Both the position numbers and the translations under genes were made by a program. Shown here one piece after another: positions 8,236 through 19,540 of a stretch of 64,000 bases of DNA (position 1 is its first letter; each line of letters starts with the position of its first letter). The stretch covers positions 2,033-66,032 of the forward strand of contig CANGEV010000013.1 of assembly GCA_947452995.1 (NCBI GenBank). Direction: 5' to 3'. The DNA comes from Chitinophagales bacterium (GTDB lineage Bacteria; Bacteroidota; Bacteroidia; Chitinophagales; CAIODY01). The notes under the pieces are model-generated. The model was not told where the DNA came from. It saw only the letters and a program-made list of their open reading frames with translations, and did not search any database.

Positions 8236-9954
8236 ATGTCGATACTGCCAGCTTCTGTTGCCTTAATACGTCGTTATATTTCCGCCGACTTCAAATTCAC
8301 TGCATGGGATGATCTTGCACCACATTATACTGAACTCTTAAATCGTACTTTGGAAAGTGCTGCTGCAATCGAACAATGGCTTATCGATAAGAGTGAATTA
8401 GATTCTATCGTTGAAGACGAAAGTCGTTGGCGTTATGTTCGTCTTACCTGTTATACCAATGATGAGACGATTAAAAAATCATATACCGACTTTGTCACAG
8501 ACATCAAACCGCATTTAATAGAAGTACGCACCAAGCTAAATGCTAAGTTGCTAAACTGCCCTTCCCTAGCGGATTTGAACAAAGATAAATATGCCACCTT
8601 CTTGGCAGGATTAGAAGCTAGTGTGAAATTACAAGAAGAGAAAAATATCGAACAGCTGCGAAATCTAGAGTTGAAAGAACAAGAATATGGAAGCATCACC
8701 GGCAATCTTAGTATCGAACACGAAGGAAAAGAATTGACTTTACCAGAAGCAGGTAATTTATTATCTGAAAATGATCGCAACTTAAGAGAAACAATCTATC
8801 GTAAGGTACAAGCGGCACGCCTAGCTGTTGCGCCGCAACTCGAAGATTTATTCGACGACTTAGTACAACGCCGTCAAGAGATTGCCGAGCGTGCTGGCTT
8901 CGCCAACTACCGCGATTATCGCATGACGGAGTTAGTACGTGTCGACTATACCCCCGAGGATTGCATGCAATTTCATGAAAGTATCCGTAAAAGCTTTTTG
9001 CCTTTAGTGAATAAGTTGAATCGTACACGCAAAGAGGCATTAGGCTTAGATAAATTACGTCCGTGGGATGGAGAAGTAGATCTGAACAATGCAGCTCCTT
9101 TAAAGCCTTTCATCGATGGTAAAGACCTTACAGACAAAACAATCACTTGTCTGAAGCAGATTGATCCATACTTCGCTGCTTGCTTACAACGTATGCAAGA
9201 AATGAATCACCTTGATCTCGACTCGCGCAAAGGCAAATCACCTGGCGGATATAATATGTCATTGCCTGAATGTAACGTACCCTTCATCTTTATGAATGCA
9301 GCCTCCAGTGTTCGTGATTTAATCACTATGGTACATGAGAGCGGGCACGCCGTACATTCATTCCTATCTGCCGATCTACCACTTCGTGAATACAAAGACT
9401 ATCCGAGTGAAATCGCTGAGGTAGCATCTATGAGTATGGAGCTATTTACGATGGAGCATTGGCAAGTGTTCTTTGAAAATGAAGCGGATTACAAACGCGC
9501 CAAAGAACAACAGTTTCAACGTATCATTACCATCTTCCCTTGGGTAGCTATCATCGATCGCTATCAACAATGGATTTATACGCATCCTGGTCATTCACGT
9601 GACGAACGTCTGGCTGCATGGCAAGAGATTTTCACTTCGTTCAGCTCAGAAGAAGTTGATTATAGTGGCTTAGAAGAGTCTTTAAAGTACCGTTGGCATG
9701 CGCAGATCCACCTTTTTGATTATCCATTCTATTATATCGAATATGCCATTGCACAGCTAGGTGCGATTGCGATGTGGAAGCAATGGAAAGAGAAAGGAAA
9801 CGAAGCCATTGAAAACTACAAAGCAGCGCTTAAATTGGGCTATTCTGTTGGTTTGCCTGCCTTATTTGAACGCGCAGGGATACGCTTTGATTTCTCACCG
9901 GCTTATGTACAAGAGCTGGCGGATTTCTTAGAAGCGGAGATGAATAAATTATAA
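8236..9954 (+). CDS. M3 family oligoendopeptidase (PepF-like)
   Basis: HESGH zinc motif; RKGKSPGGY, EIAEVASMSME and PFYYIEY motifs. Confidence 0.93.
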   Translation: MSILPASVALIRRYISADFKFTAWDDLAPHYTELLNRTLESAAAIEQWLIDKSELDSIVEDESRWRYVRLTCYTNDETIKKSYTDFVTDIKPHLIEVRTKLNAKLLNCPSLADLNKDKYATFLAGLEASVKLQEEKNIEQLRNLELKEQEYGSITGNLSIEHEGKELTLPEAGNLLSENDRNLRETIYRKVQAARLAVAPQLEDLFDDLVQRRQEIAERAGFANYRDYRMTELVRVDYTPEDCMQFHESIRKSFLPLVNKLNRTRKEALGLDKLRPWDGEVDLNNAAPLKPFIDGKDLTDKTITCLKQIDPYFAACLQRMQEMNHLDLDSRKGKSPGGYNMSLPECNVPFIFMNAASSVRDLITMVHESGHAVHSFLSADLPLREYKDYPSEIAEVASMSMELFTMEHWQVFFENEADYKRAKEQQFQRIITIFPWVAIIDRYQQWIYTHPGHSRDERLAAWQEIFTSFSSEEVDYSGLEESLKYRWHAQIHLFDYPFYYIEYAIAQLGAIAMWKQWKEKGNEAIENYKAALKLGYSVGLPALFERAGIRFDFSPAYVQELADFLEAEMNKL

Positions 9955-9961
9955 GTAAATA

Positions 9962-11359
9962 TTATTTATCTTCTGAGATAAGATACACAAGCATAGCCAT
10001 AGCAGCAGCGCCCATGTTCATTTCACGTTGATTTACGTTTTCGAAGACGTCATTCGCCGTATGATGATAATCGAAATAACGTTGCGCATCCACTTCTAGT
10101 CCGAAAAGATTTACATTCAGCTCACGTCCGAGCGGACTAATATCTGTTCCGCCGCCATCGCGTTCGAAGTCGCGCAAACCATATGCTGTGAGTAGTCCAA
10201 ACCAGCGATGTTTCAAAGCTGTTTGATAACGATTTCCCTTGCTACAGCTAAAGCCTGTCGGCGTGAAGCCTCCACCATCCGATTCAATAGCCGCAATATG
10301 CTTCTCCCCTTTTTCCTTTGCGGCAGCAGCATAGGCCTTACCTCCGCGATTCCCATTCTCTTCATTCATGAATGCTACCGCACGGATCGTGCGTTTTGGC
10401 TTAATACCTAATTGTTGAAAGATTCGTATTACCTCCAAAGCTTGTACTACACCAGTTCCATCATCATGCGCACCTTCTGCAAGATCCCAAGAATCTAGAT
10501 GTCCACCGACAGTAATGATTTCTTCCGGATGCTCTGTGCCTTTCATTTCGACAATCACATTATAAGAAAGCACATCCCCCAACATCTGACATTCATCCCA
10601 CAAATACAACTCCAAATTAGGGTTGCCATGCACACAAGCTGCTAAAAGCGCTGCATCAATCGTGCTAAGGGCAAAAGCAGGAATGCGCTTTACAGAATCT
10701 TCATAACCCATGACACCCGTATGCGGAAAGGCATCATAGGCATGTGTTACACTGCGGATAACGCTTGCTACAGCGCCATATTTGGCAGCGCGTGAAGCGC
10801 CTCCCCAACGTTGATCGACCGCATCGCCATAGGCTTCTCCTGGATCCACGAAAGTTGGATTCATCGGACGGTCATAAAAAACGATTTTATCGCGTAGCTT
10901 ACCGGCCTTTCCAAGTGAATCAAGTTGCGACCAGCGAAGGATTTCCACCACTTCCGCACGGATCCCTTTTTGAGGTGTTGCCACGGAATTACCGAGGGCG
11001 CAAGGATGCATAATAATCGGAGACGTTCCTTGACGATAGATAATTGCTTGCTCAGCTCTACCGCGCACCCAGTGCGGTACCATACAAGGCTGCTTCGTCA
11101 CTGTTACACCAGGAATGGTTTTTCCCCATTTTTCAAACATATCAACCGCCTGTGCCGCTTGAGGCGAACCCGCCAAACGACCGCCCACTTCTTTACATAA
11201 TTCTTCCAAATGCAGATAGGCATTGCTGTTCATCATACACTCATTATAAATCTTGCGCAACATAATCGAATCCGTGTTCGACTGCGCACGACTATTTTGG
11301 CTAAAAATTGCAAGTATGAAAATTGCTAAAAAGCTGATTTTTAATCGCTCGAAATGCAT
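9962..11359 (-). CDS. M28 family metallopeptidase (carboxypeptidase Q-like), secreted
   Basis: Signal peptide; GGHLDSWD, GAHDDGTG, NEENG and YFDYHHT motifs. Confidence 0.92.
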   Translation of the reverse strand: MHFERLKISFLAIFILAIFSQNSRAQSNTDSIMLRKIYNECMMNSNAYLHLEELCKEVGGRLAGSPQAAQAVDMFEKWGKTIPGVTVTKQPCMVPHWVRGRAEQAIIYRQGTSPIIMHPCALGNSVATPQKGIRAEVVEILRWSQLDSLGKAGKLRDKIVFYDRPMNPTFVDPGEAYGDAVDQRWGGASRAAKYGAVASVIRSVTHAYDAFPHTGVMGYEDSVKRIPAFALSTIDAALLAACVHGNPNLELYLWDECQMLGDVLSYNVIVEMKGTEHPEEIITVGGHLDSWDLAEGAHDDGTGVVQALEVIRIFQQLGIKPKRTIRAVAFMNEENGNRGGKAYAAAAKEKGEKHIAAIESDGGGFTPTGFSCSKGNRYQTALKHRWFGLLTAYGLRDFERDGGGTDISPLGRELNVNLFGLEVDAQRYFDYHHTANDVFENVNQREMNMGAAAMAMLVYLISEDK

Positions 11360-11481
11360 AATTAAGAATAGTTTTTGTTAAAGATTGGGCAGACTAATAA
11401 ATCCTATCTGCAATATCGAAAAAAAGAGTGAATTATTCGATTTTGTACCGATTTCGGTCATTTTTCTTATCTTTGATAACT

Positions 11482-12564
11482 ATGTCACCTCGCCAACCAC
11501 GACTGTCATTTTTAAAATTTTCATGCCTGTTCATTTTAGCATTGGTCATGAAATTTTCGGCGTTGGCGCAAGATCCAAATTTTACTCAATTTTTTAATCA
11601 GCCTGTTCAATACAACCCAGCTTTTACTGGTATAAACAACGGCTTACGTTTCGGAGCAATTTTTAGAAATCAATGGTCGCGTATCCCTGGTCAATTTAAC
11701 ACCTATAGCATAGCTGTTGATGCAGAAGCTTTGAACCTCGGTGGAGGATTAGGCTTTAGCGCCTCACACGATGTAGAAGGGGAAGGATTATTATCGACCA
11801 CCAACTTCAATGCCCTATACGCTTACCGAGTAGTGCAAAAAGATTGGATGATTCAGGCAGGCTTTTCTGCCGGCGCATATACGCAACGCTTAGACTTCTC
11901 AAAACTTATTTTCACGGATCAGCTGGATGATAAATACGGCTTAGTTCGTCCAACAAGCACCGGTGCTGTTCCTACTCCGGTAGCGAGCAAGACCTTCGTC
12001 GACTTCACGAGCGGTTTTGTTTTCAGAAAAAATATTCGTCATAAAACACAACGTCGAAAAATACTTGCGACCGTGAATGCCGGTTATGCAGCGCATCATA
12101 TCACTCGTCCGGATCAATCCTTGATGTTGTTGGACGCTCGCTTGCCCATACGTCATTCTTTTCAATTAAATGCGGCTATTCCAATCAAAGGATTAAACGA
12201 CCCTAAACATCCAGCGCTTCTTATTCCTGCCCTCTTATTTGAATCGCAAATGTATTTTAAAGAATTGGTGATGGGTGTGAATGCTGTAAAAGAACCTTTA
12301 TTTGGTGGTGTTTTCTATCGCTCGCGTGTTTTCAAAGGCCTACCTCATACCTATGATGTAGACGCACTTGCAGCCAACCTCGGCTTCGAAACACAAGTCA
12401 ATAAAAACGTAGTAATGCGTTTTTGCTATAGCTACGATATTACAGTGAATAACCTTCGTGGTTTCTCTCCGGGAACGCATGAAATCGGTATCCTCTTGTG
12501 GAATAAAAATCTTTATAAAAAAGGAAGAAACGCAAAAAAATCATTGACTTGCTACTCTTTCTAA
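11482..12564 (+). CDS. PorP/SprF family T9SS outer-membrane protein
   Basis: AQDPNFTQFFNQPVQYNPAFTG...RNQW...YSYD...GTHEI. ATG 11482 follows TATCTTTG at 11468-11475. Confidence 0.92.
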   Translation: MSPRQPRLSFLKFSCLFILALVMKFSALAQDPNFTQFFNQPVQYNPAFTGINNGLRFGAIFRNQWSRIPGQFNTYSIAVDAEALNLGGGLGFSASHDVEGEGLLSTTNFNALYAYRVVQKDWMIQAGFSAGAYTQRLDFSKLIFTDQLDDKYGLVRPTSTGAVPTPVASKTFVDFTSGFVFRKNIRHKTQRRKILATVNAGYAAHHITRPDQSLMLLDARLPIRHSFQLNAAIPIKGLNDPKHPALLIPALLFESQMYFKELVMGVNAVKEPLFGGVFYRSRVFKGLPHTYDVDALAANLGFETQVNKNVVMRFCYSYDITVNNLRGFSPGTHEIGILLWNKNLYKKGRNAKKSLTCYSF

Positions 12565-12583
12565 TTCCCTAAATTTTTAGTTT

Positions 12584-13984
12584 ATGTATATAGAACAAAT
12601 TTACACCAGTTGTTTGTCTGAAGCTTCTTATTATGTAGAATCAGAAGGGCAAGCCTTAGTCATTGATCCTTTACGCGATACCGATGTATATCTTAAAATG
12701 GCGAAAGAACGTGGTGCCAAGATTGAATATATTTTGGAAACGCATTTCCACGCAGATTTTGTGAGTGGGCATTTAGAGCTAGCCAACCAAACCGGTGCTG
12801 CTATTGTATATGGTCCCAATGCGAAGACGGGTTTTGAAATCCTAGAAAAGAAAGATGGAGACCTTATTACATTAGGAAAAATCACGATTAAAGTTTTGCA
12901 TACACCGGGTCATACCATGGAAAGCACCTGCTATCTATTGAAAGACGAGATGGGGAACGATCATTGTGTATTCACGGGAGATACCTTGTTTGTAGGCGAT
13001 GTAGGTCGACCCGACTTATTTGGTGCAACGATGAGCAAGGAAGAACTAGCGGGCCATTTATATGAATCGTTAAATACAAAAATAAAAACCTTGGCGGATG
13101 ATGTGATTGTATATCCAGCGCATGGTGCGGGTTCGAGCTGTGGTAAGAGCCTAGGCAAAGAGACCTTCAGCACGATTGGTACACAGAAGAGTATGAACTA
13201 TGCCTTGCAAGATCAAACGAAGGAGCAATTCATCAAAGCAATTACAGAGGGCTTAAATACACCGCCGGTTTATTTCCCTGAAAACGCGCGTATCAATCGC
13301 GAAGGTTATACTTTATTGAAGGAGTTGAAGGCAGAATTCCGTGCAATGAATGTAGAGGATATTGAAGCAGAGAAAGAATTAGGGACGTTGATTTTGGATA
13401 CTCGTCCGGCAGCAGCATTCACCGAAGGTTTCATACCGGAGTCGATGTTTATCGGTATCGACGGACGCTTTGCGGAATGGGCTGGTAGTTTGATTCCATT
13501 AGAAACACCGATTGTTTTAGTGACAGAGCCAGGTAAAGAAGAAGAGAGTATGATTCGCTTGTCGCGTGTCGGCTTCGACCATATACTTGGCTATTTAGAA
13601 GGAGGCTTTAAAGTTTGGCTAGATGCAGATAAAGGCATTGATATGATCATCAATGTAGATGCAGATGAGTTGAAGATGGATATGCAGTTCGACAATAAGC
13701 TCGGTATTATCGACGTTCGCAAGCCAGGAGAATTTGAAGGAGGACATATACAAGGTGCGGAAAATATTTCCTTGGTGAATGTAGAAGACAGCATCTCTGC
13801 TATTCCTGAAGATCACAACTTATATATTCATTGCGCAGGTGGCTACCGGAGCGTGATTGCAGCGTCAATTATGAAACGTCATGGCATCCATAACCTTCGT
13901 AATATTTTAGGCGGCTGGTCGGCTATTAGCGCTGTTCCAGATATGCCAATTGTAGTACCAAGCAAAAATGCGGAGCTCAATTAA
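12584..13984 (+). CDS. MBL-fold hydrolase-rhodanese fusion (persulfide dioxygenase-like)
   Basis: THFHADF, HTPGHT and GDVGRPDL motifs; two rhodanese domains with the HCAGGYRS active loop. Confidence 0.92.
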   Translation: MYIEQIYTSCLSEASYYVESEGQALVIDPLRDTDVYLKMAKERGAKIEYILETHFHADFVSGHLELANQTGAAIVYGPNAKTGFEILEKKDGDLITLGKITIKVLHTPGHTMESTCYLLKDEMGNDHCVFTGDTLFVGDVGRPDLFGATMSKEELAGHLYESLNTKIKTLADDVIVYPAHGAGSSCGKSLGKETFSTIGTQKSMNYALQDQTKEQFIKAITEGLNTPPVYFPENARINREGYTLLKELKAEFRAMNVEDIEAEKELGTLILDTRPAAAFTEGFIPESMFIGIDGRFAEWAGSLIPLETPIVLVTEPGKEEESMIRLSRVGFDHILGYLEGGFKVWLDADKGIDMIINVDADELKMDMQFDNKLGIIDVRKPGEFEGGHIQGAENISLVNVEDSISAIPEDHNLYIHCAGGYRSVIAASIMKRHGIHNLRNILGGWSAISAVPDMPIVVPSKNAELN

Positions 13985-14453
13985 ATTTCTACTTTTTATC
14001 GCGTTGTTGCTTGCATTTAATGGCTTCGCCCAGCAAAAGTCATTTCCACTCGAAAAGCTTTGTGGTAGCTGGAAAGTGTCTGGAAACGTTGTAGGAGAAA
14101 CTTGTTCCAACTTTGATGTAAAGGTATATTACGACACCCTTTTGGAAGAATACGTTATTCCTTTACAAGACGAAAAAAATAGTTGCGGAGGGATTTATAT
14201 CCGCTATTATCTATTCTATAATGCCGCTAAGAAATGTTACGAAGCACTTGCTATTAGCGGTAACAAAACGTACCGCATGCAAGGTAAACTACAAGATGGC
14301 TTTTTGCTTTTTACCTATACAGGGCAGGAAGGGATTTCAGAAGTGGTCATTGGTTTTGATCCGAAAGGAAAGTCGTGGAACCTCGATGCACACCTCATCG
14401 ACCCTAATGTCGGTGTTATACCGATGAATAATTTGCATTTCGAGCAAAACTAA
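13968..14453 (+). CDS. Hypothetical exported protein
   Basis: Signal peptide and LEKLCGSWKVSG motif (small beta-barrel-like); start overlaps the upstream stop. Confidence 0.65.
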   Translation: MRSSIKFLLFIALLLAFNGFAQQKSFPLEKLCGSWKVSGNVVGETCSNFDVKVYYDTLLEEYVIPLQDEKNSCGGIYIRYYLFYNAAKKCYEALAISGNKTYRMQGKLQDGFLLFTYTGQEGISEVVIGFDPKGKSWNLDAHLIDPNVGVIPMNNLHFEQN

Positions 14454-14465
14454 AAACTGTCCTTT

Positions 14466-14484
14466 TTTGGAATTGGATTCCAAA
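14466..14484. terminator. Hairpin between convergent genes
   Basis: TTTGGAAT-TGG-ATTCCAAA followed by a T run. Confidence 0.5.
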
Positions 14485-14500
14485 TTTTTCCAAAGTTAAT

Positions 14501-16951
14501 CTATGCCGGATCTACATCAATCCTAAAAGTAACCGACTTAAATTTCTTCATTGCAACGAGCGCTTCTAAGCCTTGTAATATTTCATTTTTTAGTTCTTGC
14601 ATCACACCTGGTTTACGTTCCACTTTCACTAAAAATTCTCGAATATATAAGCCCTTCAATCGATCAATACCAGGCTTGGAAGGACCGAGTAATCGTTTGC
14701 CCATATTGCCTTCCCAACGCTTTCTTAACCACTCTCCAGCAGCCACTGCCGTTTCAGGCAATTTGTGCTGCACTTGGATATGTATCATCCGCGTAAACGG
14801 CGGATAGGCAAAACGACGGCGTTGATTTATTTCAAAATTATAAAAGCCTTTATAGTCGTGATGAAAAACATAATACAAAACAGGATAATCTGTTTTTCGC
14901 GTTTGAATCAATACCTTTCCACGTCCTTCATGTCGACCACTACGACCACTCACCTGTGTCAACAATTGATAAGCTCGTTCCACCACTCTAAAATCGGGGA
15001 AATTCAATAAGTTGTCTGCGCTCAAAACACCGACTAGCTGAACCTTTTCAAAATCTAGTCCTTTCGTAACCATTTGTGTGCCGATCAAAATATCCACCTC
15101 TCCTTGCTCCATAGCATCAATCAATTGATGATGCGCTTCTTTGTTCTTCACTTGATCCGCATCCATCCTTGCTATACGTGCTTTTGGCAGAAGCTCTTGC
15201 AATTCATCTTCTACACGTTCGGTACCAAAGCCCTGTACTTTCATTTGCAAACTTCCACAAGCACCACAGGCGTTCACTGCTTTATGTGAATAGCCACAAT
15301 AATGACATTTCAACTCCGCAGAGGCTTTGTGGAAGGTTAATTTGACAGAACAGTTATTACATTCTGGCACCCATCCGCAAACCGAACAGTATAAGGAAGG
15401 CGCATAACCTCTTCTATTTTGAAATAGTAAAACTTGCTTTTTATCAGCAATCGTTTTTTTCATTTCTTCCATCAACACACTGCTGAAAGTGCCTTTCATC
15501 AGCTTCATTCGAGTCTCATCCTTCAAATCTACCAACTGAATATCCGGCATCGGCTGTTCCCCAAAACGTTGGTTCATTTCAACCAATGTATACTTATCAT
15601 TTTCTGCGAGATAATAACTTTCCAAAGAAGGTGTTGCCGAACCTAACAATGTTTTTGCTTGATGTTGTTGCGCTAGATACAAGGCCACATCTCGACCTTG
15701 GTACAAAGGAGCGGTATCGCTTTGCTTGTACGAAGCGTCATGCTCTTCATCGACAATTACTAAACCTAACTTTGAAAATGGAAGGAACACTGCTGAACGC
15801 GCACCTAATACAATTGGATAGCGCTGCTCATAAATAGCATTCCACATTTCAACGCGTTGGGAGGCATTCACACGATGATGATAGACTAAAAACTTATCTC
15901 CGAACACTGCATGCAAACGGCGTGTAATCTGTTCTGTGATTGCAACTTCAGGCAATAGATACAATACTTGTTCGCCGCGATCTAAAGCATCTTGGATAAG
16001 CGACATATAGATCTGCGTTTTCCCGCTACCCGTAACCCCATGTAATAGCACAGTCGGCTTCGTTAGCCAAGCCTCTTCAATAGCGGCTTTGGCAACAATT
16101 TGCTCCCCAATTAATTTAAAATGCTTCGCATCACTTTCATCATAAGCCTTCAATCGCGAAACATTCTCTTTCTCTTGAATTAATATTTTCTTTTCTAATA
16201 AAGCGTTTAACGCCGCATCACTACCCTTCAATTTTTCCAAAAGCACAGAACGCTGAATCGCCTCTCCTTTCGGAGCCATACTCATATAAGTCATCAGTAC
16301 GTCGACTTGTTTCGGAGCACGTTTTTCAAGTCGATTAAACGCCTCTTTCAAGGCTTCTTGATCTTCTAGATAATGTTTTACCAAGCGAACGAAATAGGTC
16401 TTTTTTGGGGTATACTTTTCTAATAAGGTCTCCTCCACCAGTACCACCTTGTGCTCCACTAATTGTTGTATCAAAGGCCATACCTTCTCTCTTTGTACGA
16501 TCAATTGCACATCGGCCAAACTAAGGCTCTGCTGATTCGTCAATGCCTCCGCAACGGTAAATAACTCTCCTTCTAATTGATGAATGTATAAGTCGTGCTC
16601 CGGATGTAAAACGATTCGCGTAGAACCGGTTAGCTTCAAACCTGCTGGCATCGCAGCAATCATCACTTCCCCTAAGGTACAACAGTAATATTCCGCTAGC
16701 CAACGCCAAAGCGAAATCTGCATTTCCCCTAAAATGGGTCTTTCATCAATTACAGAAAGTATCGGCTTACATTTATAAGGCAAGACAATGTCTTTCTCCA
16801 CCTTAGCAACCAAGGCGGCATAGACCTTTCGCTGCCCAAGCTGTACTTCTACACGGGTCCCTAGCGCCACCTTAGCCGCCCACTCTTCAGGGACGGAATA
16901 AGTCAACGTTTTAGGCAAAGCCAAGGGTAATATCACCTCAACGAAAGTCAT
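14501..16951 (-). CDS. priA: Primosomal protein N'
   Basis: LHGVTGSGKT Walker A, DEEH, four CxxC pairs and QVSGRSGR. Confidence 0.97.
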   Translation of the reverse strand: MTFVEVILPLALPKTLTYSVPEEWAAKVALGTRVEVQLGQRKVYAALVAKVEKDIVLPYKCKPILSVIDERPILGEMQISLWRWLAEYYCCTLGEVMIAAMPAGLKLTGSTRIVLHPEHDLYIHQLEGELFTVAEALTNQQSLSLADVQLIVQREKVWPLIQQLVEHKVVLVEETLLEKYTPKKTYFVRLVKHYLEDQEALKEAFNRLEKRAPKQVDVLMTYMSMAPKGEAIQRSVLLEKLKGSDAALNALLEKKILIQEKENVSRLKAYDESDAKHFKLIGEQIVAKAAIEEAWLTKPTVLLHGVTGSGKTQIYMSLIQDALDRGEQVLYLLPEVAITEQITRRLHAVFGDKFLVYHHRVNASQRVEMWNAIYEQRYPIVLGARSAVFLPFSKLGLVIVDEEHDASYKQSDTAPLYQGRDVALYLAQQHQAKTLLGSATPSLESYYLAENDKYTLVEMNQRFGEQPMPDIQLVDLKDETRMKLMKGTFSSVLMEEMKKTIADKKQVLLFQNRRGYAPSLYCSVCGWVPECNNCSVKLTFHKASAELKCHYCGYSHKAVNACGACGSLQMKVQGFGTERVEDELQELLPKARIARMDADQVKNKEAHHQLIDAMEQGEVDILIGTQMVTKGLDFEKVQLVGVLSADNLLNFPDFRVVERAYQLLTQVSGRSGRHEGRGKVLIQTRKTDYPVLYYVFHHDYKGFYNFEINQRRRFAYPPFTRMIHIQVQHKLPETAVAAGEWLRKRWEGNMGKRLLGPSKPGIDRLKGLYIREFLVKVERKPGVMQELKNEILQGLEALVAMKKFKSVTFRIDVDPA

Positions 16952-17064
16952 GTTTCAAAGATGGCAATAAATTTCGAATCAAATTTGAACGCTTTGTTCA
17001 AGAATTGCTAAAAAACCTACATTTCTGCTCTTTTGTGGTTAAATTTGAAGCTTATTGTAAAAAT

Positions 17065-19539
17065 ATGAATTCAGCTTTTGTAGGAGAACATAGTTTACCC
17101 GGTCAGATGGGTCACTTTTTTGTCATTTTAGCCTTTGTCTTTTCACTTCTAGGCGCCATAGGATATGCGATTAGCGTTCGTCAAAAGGAGGAACAATTGA
17201 GTAATCCTTATTTCAGAATTGGACGTATGAGCTTCTTCCTCATGAGCATGAGTGTGATAGGGATTATCGTTACGCTTTTTTCAATTATTTATAATCATCA
17301 GTTTGAGTATTATTATGCTTGGCGACATGCTTCGAGAGAATTGCCGACGCATTATATGTTAAGTTGTTTTTGGGAAGGGCAAGAAGGTAGTTTTCTTTTA
17401 TGGATGTTTTGGCAAGTAGTGATGGGCGCTGTAATTGTATGGAAAGACAGAAAGTGGGAAGCTTCGGTAATGGCCATTCTGCTGTTCTCACAATTCTTCA
17501 TGGCGAGTATGTTATTAGGGGTATATGTTAAATTGCCGAACCTCTTTTTCTGGACGCCTGATTTCTTGCATCTGTTCAGCTATAGAATTGGTTCGAATCC
17601 GTTTCAGTTATTACGTTGGGAAATGGCGAATGCGCCTATCTTCCAACAATCGAACTATATGGATTTCGTAAAAGATGGTAACGGCTTAAATCCATTATTA
17701 CAAAACTATTGGATGGTTATACATCCGCCTGTATTGTTCTTAGGCTTCGCATCGACGATTGTACCTGCAGCTTATGCAATGGCTGGCTTTTGGAAGAAAG
17801 AATACGACGCCTGGACGAAGCCTGCCTTCAGCTGGAGCTTGTTTAGTGGAGGGGTTTTAAGTCTTGGTATTATGATGGGCGCAGCATGGGCCTACGAGGC
17901 GTTAACGTTCGGAGGCTATTGGGCATGGGATCCTGTAGAAAACGCTTCTTTAATGCCTTGGCTAACGCTTCTGGCGGGTATTCATACCTTAATCGCTTAT
18001 CGTCATACGAAGCACGCCTTAATGGCAACTTTCTTATTCTTTGTGGGCACCTTTGTTCTAGTGCTTTACGCTTCGTTCTTGACACGCTCTGGCATCTTGG
18101 GAGAAACATCTGTACATGCCTTCACCGACCTTGGCTTAGGCGGTCAGCTTGTGTTCTTCATTCTCGCCTTCTTAATTCCGTATATCTGGATGAGTATTAA
18201 GCATTGGAAAGGCGTAGCGGCTGTCAGCGCACAAAAAGAGGAAGCAATTTGGAGTAGAGAGTTTTGGTTGTTCATCGGCTCTCTAGTATTGTTGGTATCT
18301 GTTATTCAAGTAACCTTCACCACCTCTATTCCAGTATTTAATAAAGTGCTTGGAACGAAGTTAGCGCCTCCGATAAACGCTGTTGAACATTACAACAAGA
18401 TTCAAGTTTGGGTGGGTATTCTCCTAGGAATACTTTCTGCATCTGTACAATTCTTACGTTACAAACAATCGGAATGGAAGCAGTTTTTGAAAAGCCTCAC
18501 TTGGATGAGTTTGTTGAGTGTCTTGATGACGGCTTTTTGCGTTTATGTATTCCGCTTCAATAAGGCTTCCTACTGGGTATTCTTCTTTGCCGGTTTCTTC
18601 GCTATTACAGCCAACTTACAGTATCTAATTACCAAAGTAAAAACCAAATTCATTTCTTGGGGTGGAAGTCTTTCGCATATCGGCTTCGGCATGATGATGG
18701 TAGGCATTCTAATCAGCAGTTTTAACCAAAAGGTCGTTTCAATCAATCAGAGTGGTATTGATCCTGGTGAAGGCTTCGATGAAAAAGCAAAAATGGAAAA
18801 CATCTTGCTTTATAAAAACGTTCCTGTGTTGATGAATGGTTATGAGGTAACTTACCTCGGCGATAGTACAGTTAAGCCAAATATTTACTACAAAGTTCAT
18901 TATGTAAAACGTGATAAGGAGGGCAAAATAAAAGAGGAGTTCTATTTGCATCCGAATGCGCAAATCAACCCTAAAATGGGCTTGATTAGTAGTCCGGATA
19001 CGCGTCATTATATTACTCACGATATCTATACACATATCACTTCTGTGCCAGACAATTCAAAGGACAAGCAAACCTTAGATAGCAAAGACTTCAGCTTCCA
19101 TCAAGTAAAAGTTGGTGATACGATTCACGGGAAAGAGTGTAATGTTGTCTTTAAGGGTATTGCACAAAATGTAGAACGAAAGGATGTGGCTTTGATGAAA
19201 GATGACATTGCGGTGAGTGCGCGTTTTGAAGTAATTGGTAGCAATACGACTTATCCTGCGGAAGCATTATATATCATTCGCAACAAGACATCATTACCGA
19301 TTGCAGGACGGGTAGATGAGTTAGGGGTGCAGTTGTTTGTAAATCAAATCATGCCCGATAAACAAGTTTTTGATATTGCTTTTGGCGAACACAAACCGGC
19401 TCCAGAATATGTGGTGATGAAAGCACTTGATTTTCCATATATCAATGTATTATGGATGGGTGTAATTATTTTGGTGGTTGGCTTCAGCTTTAGCTTGGTA
19501 AAACGCATTCGTAAAAATTCACAAGTGAGCGAAGCATAG
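17065..19539 (+). CDS. ccmF: Cytochrome c biogenesis heme lyase CcmF-type (CcsA family)
   Basis: WEGQEGSFLLW, GLNPLLQNYWMVIHPP, GGYWAWDPVENASL (WWD domain) and SVHAF motifs. Confidence 0.9.
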   Translation: MNSAFVGEHSLPGQMGHFFVILAFVFSLLGAIGYAISVRQKEEQLSNPYFRIGRMSFFLMSMSVIGIIVTLFSIIYNHQFEYYYAWRHASRELPTHYMLSCFWEGQEGSFLLWMFWQVVMGAVIVWKDRKWEASVMAILLFSQFFMASMLLGVYVKLPNLFFWTPDFLHLFSYRIGSNPFQLLRWEMANAPIFQQSNYMDFVKDGNGLNPLLQNYWMVIHPPVLFLGFASTIVPAAYAMAGFWKKEYDAWTKPAFSWSLFSGGVLSLGIMMGAAWAYEALTFGGYWAWDPVENASLMPWLTLLAGIHTLIAYRHTKHALMATFLFFVGTFVLVLYASFLTRSGILGETSVHAFTDLGLGGQLVFFILAFLIPYIWMSIKHWKGVAAVSAQKEEAIWSREFWLFIGSLVLLVSVIQVTFTTSIPVFNKVLGTKLAPPINAVEHYNKIQVWVGILLGILSASVQFLRYKQSEWKQFLKSLTWMSLLSVLMTAFCVYVFRFNKASYWVFFFAGFFAITANLQYLITKVKTKFISWGGSLSHIGFGMMMVGILISSFNQKVVSINQSGIDPGEGFDEKAKMENILLYKNVPVLMNGYEVTYLGDSTVKPNIYYKVHYVKRDKEGKIKEEFYLHPNAQINPKMGLISSPDTRHYITHDIYTHITSVPDNSKDKQTLDSKDFSFHQVKVGDTIHGKECNVVFKGIAQNVERKDVALMKDDIAVSARFEVIGSNTTYPAEALYIIRNKTSLPIAGRVDELGVQLFVNQIMPDKQVFDIAFGEHKPAPEYVVMKALDFPYINVLWMGVIILVVGFSFSLVKRIRKNSQVSEA

Positions 19540-19540
19540 G

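Noticed and set aside
16985-17001. TTGAAC-N5-GTTCAA palindrome between priA and ccmF as a LexA box
   Set aside because: The spacer is 5 rather than 4, and it does not match the Bacteroidota GGA-N5-TCC box. A single short inverted repeat is too weak to assign.
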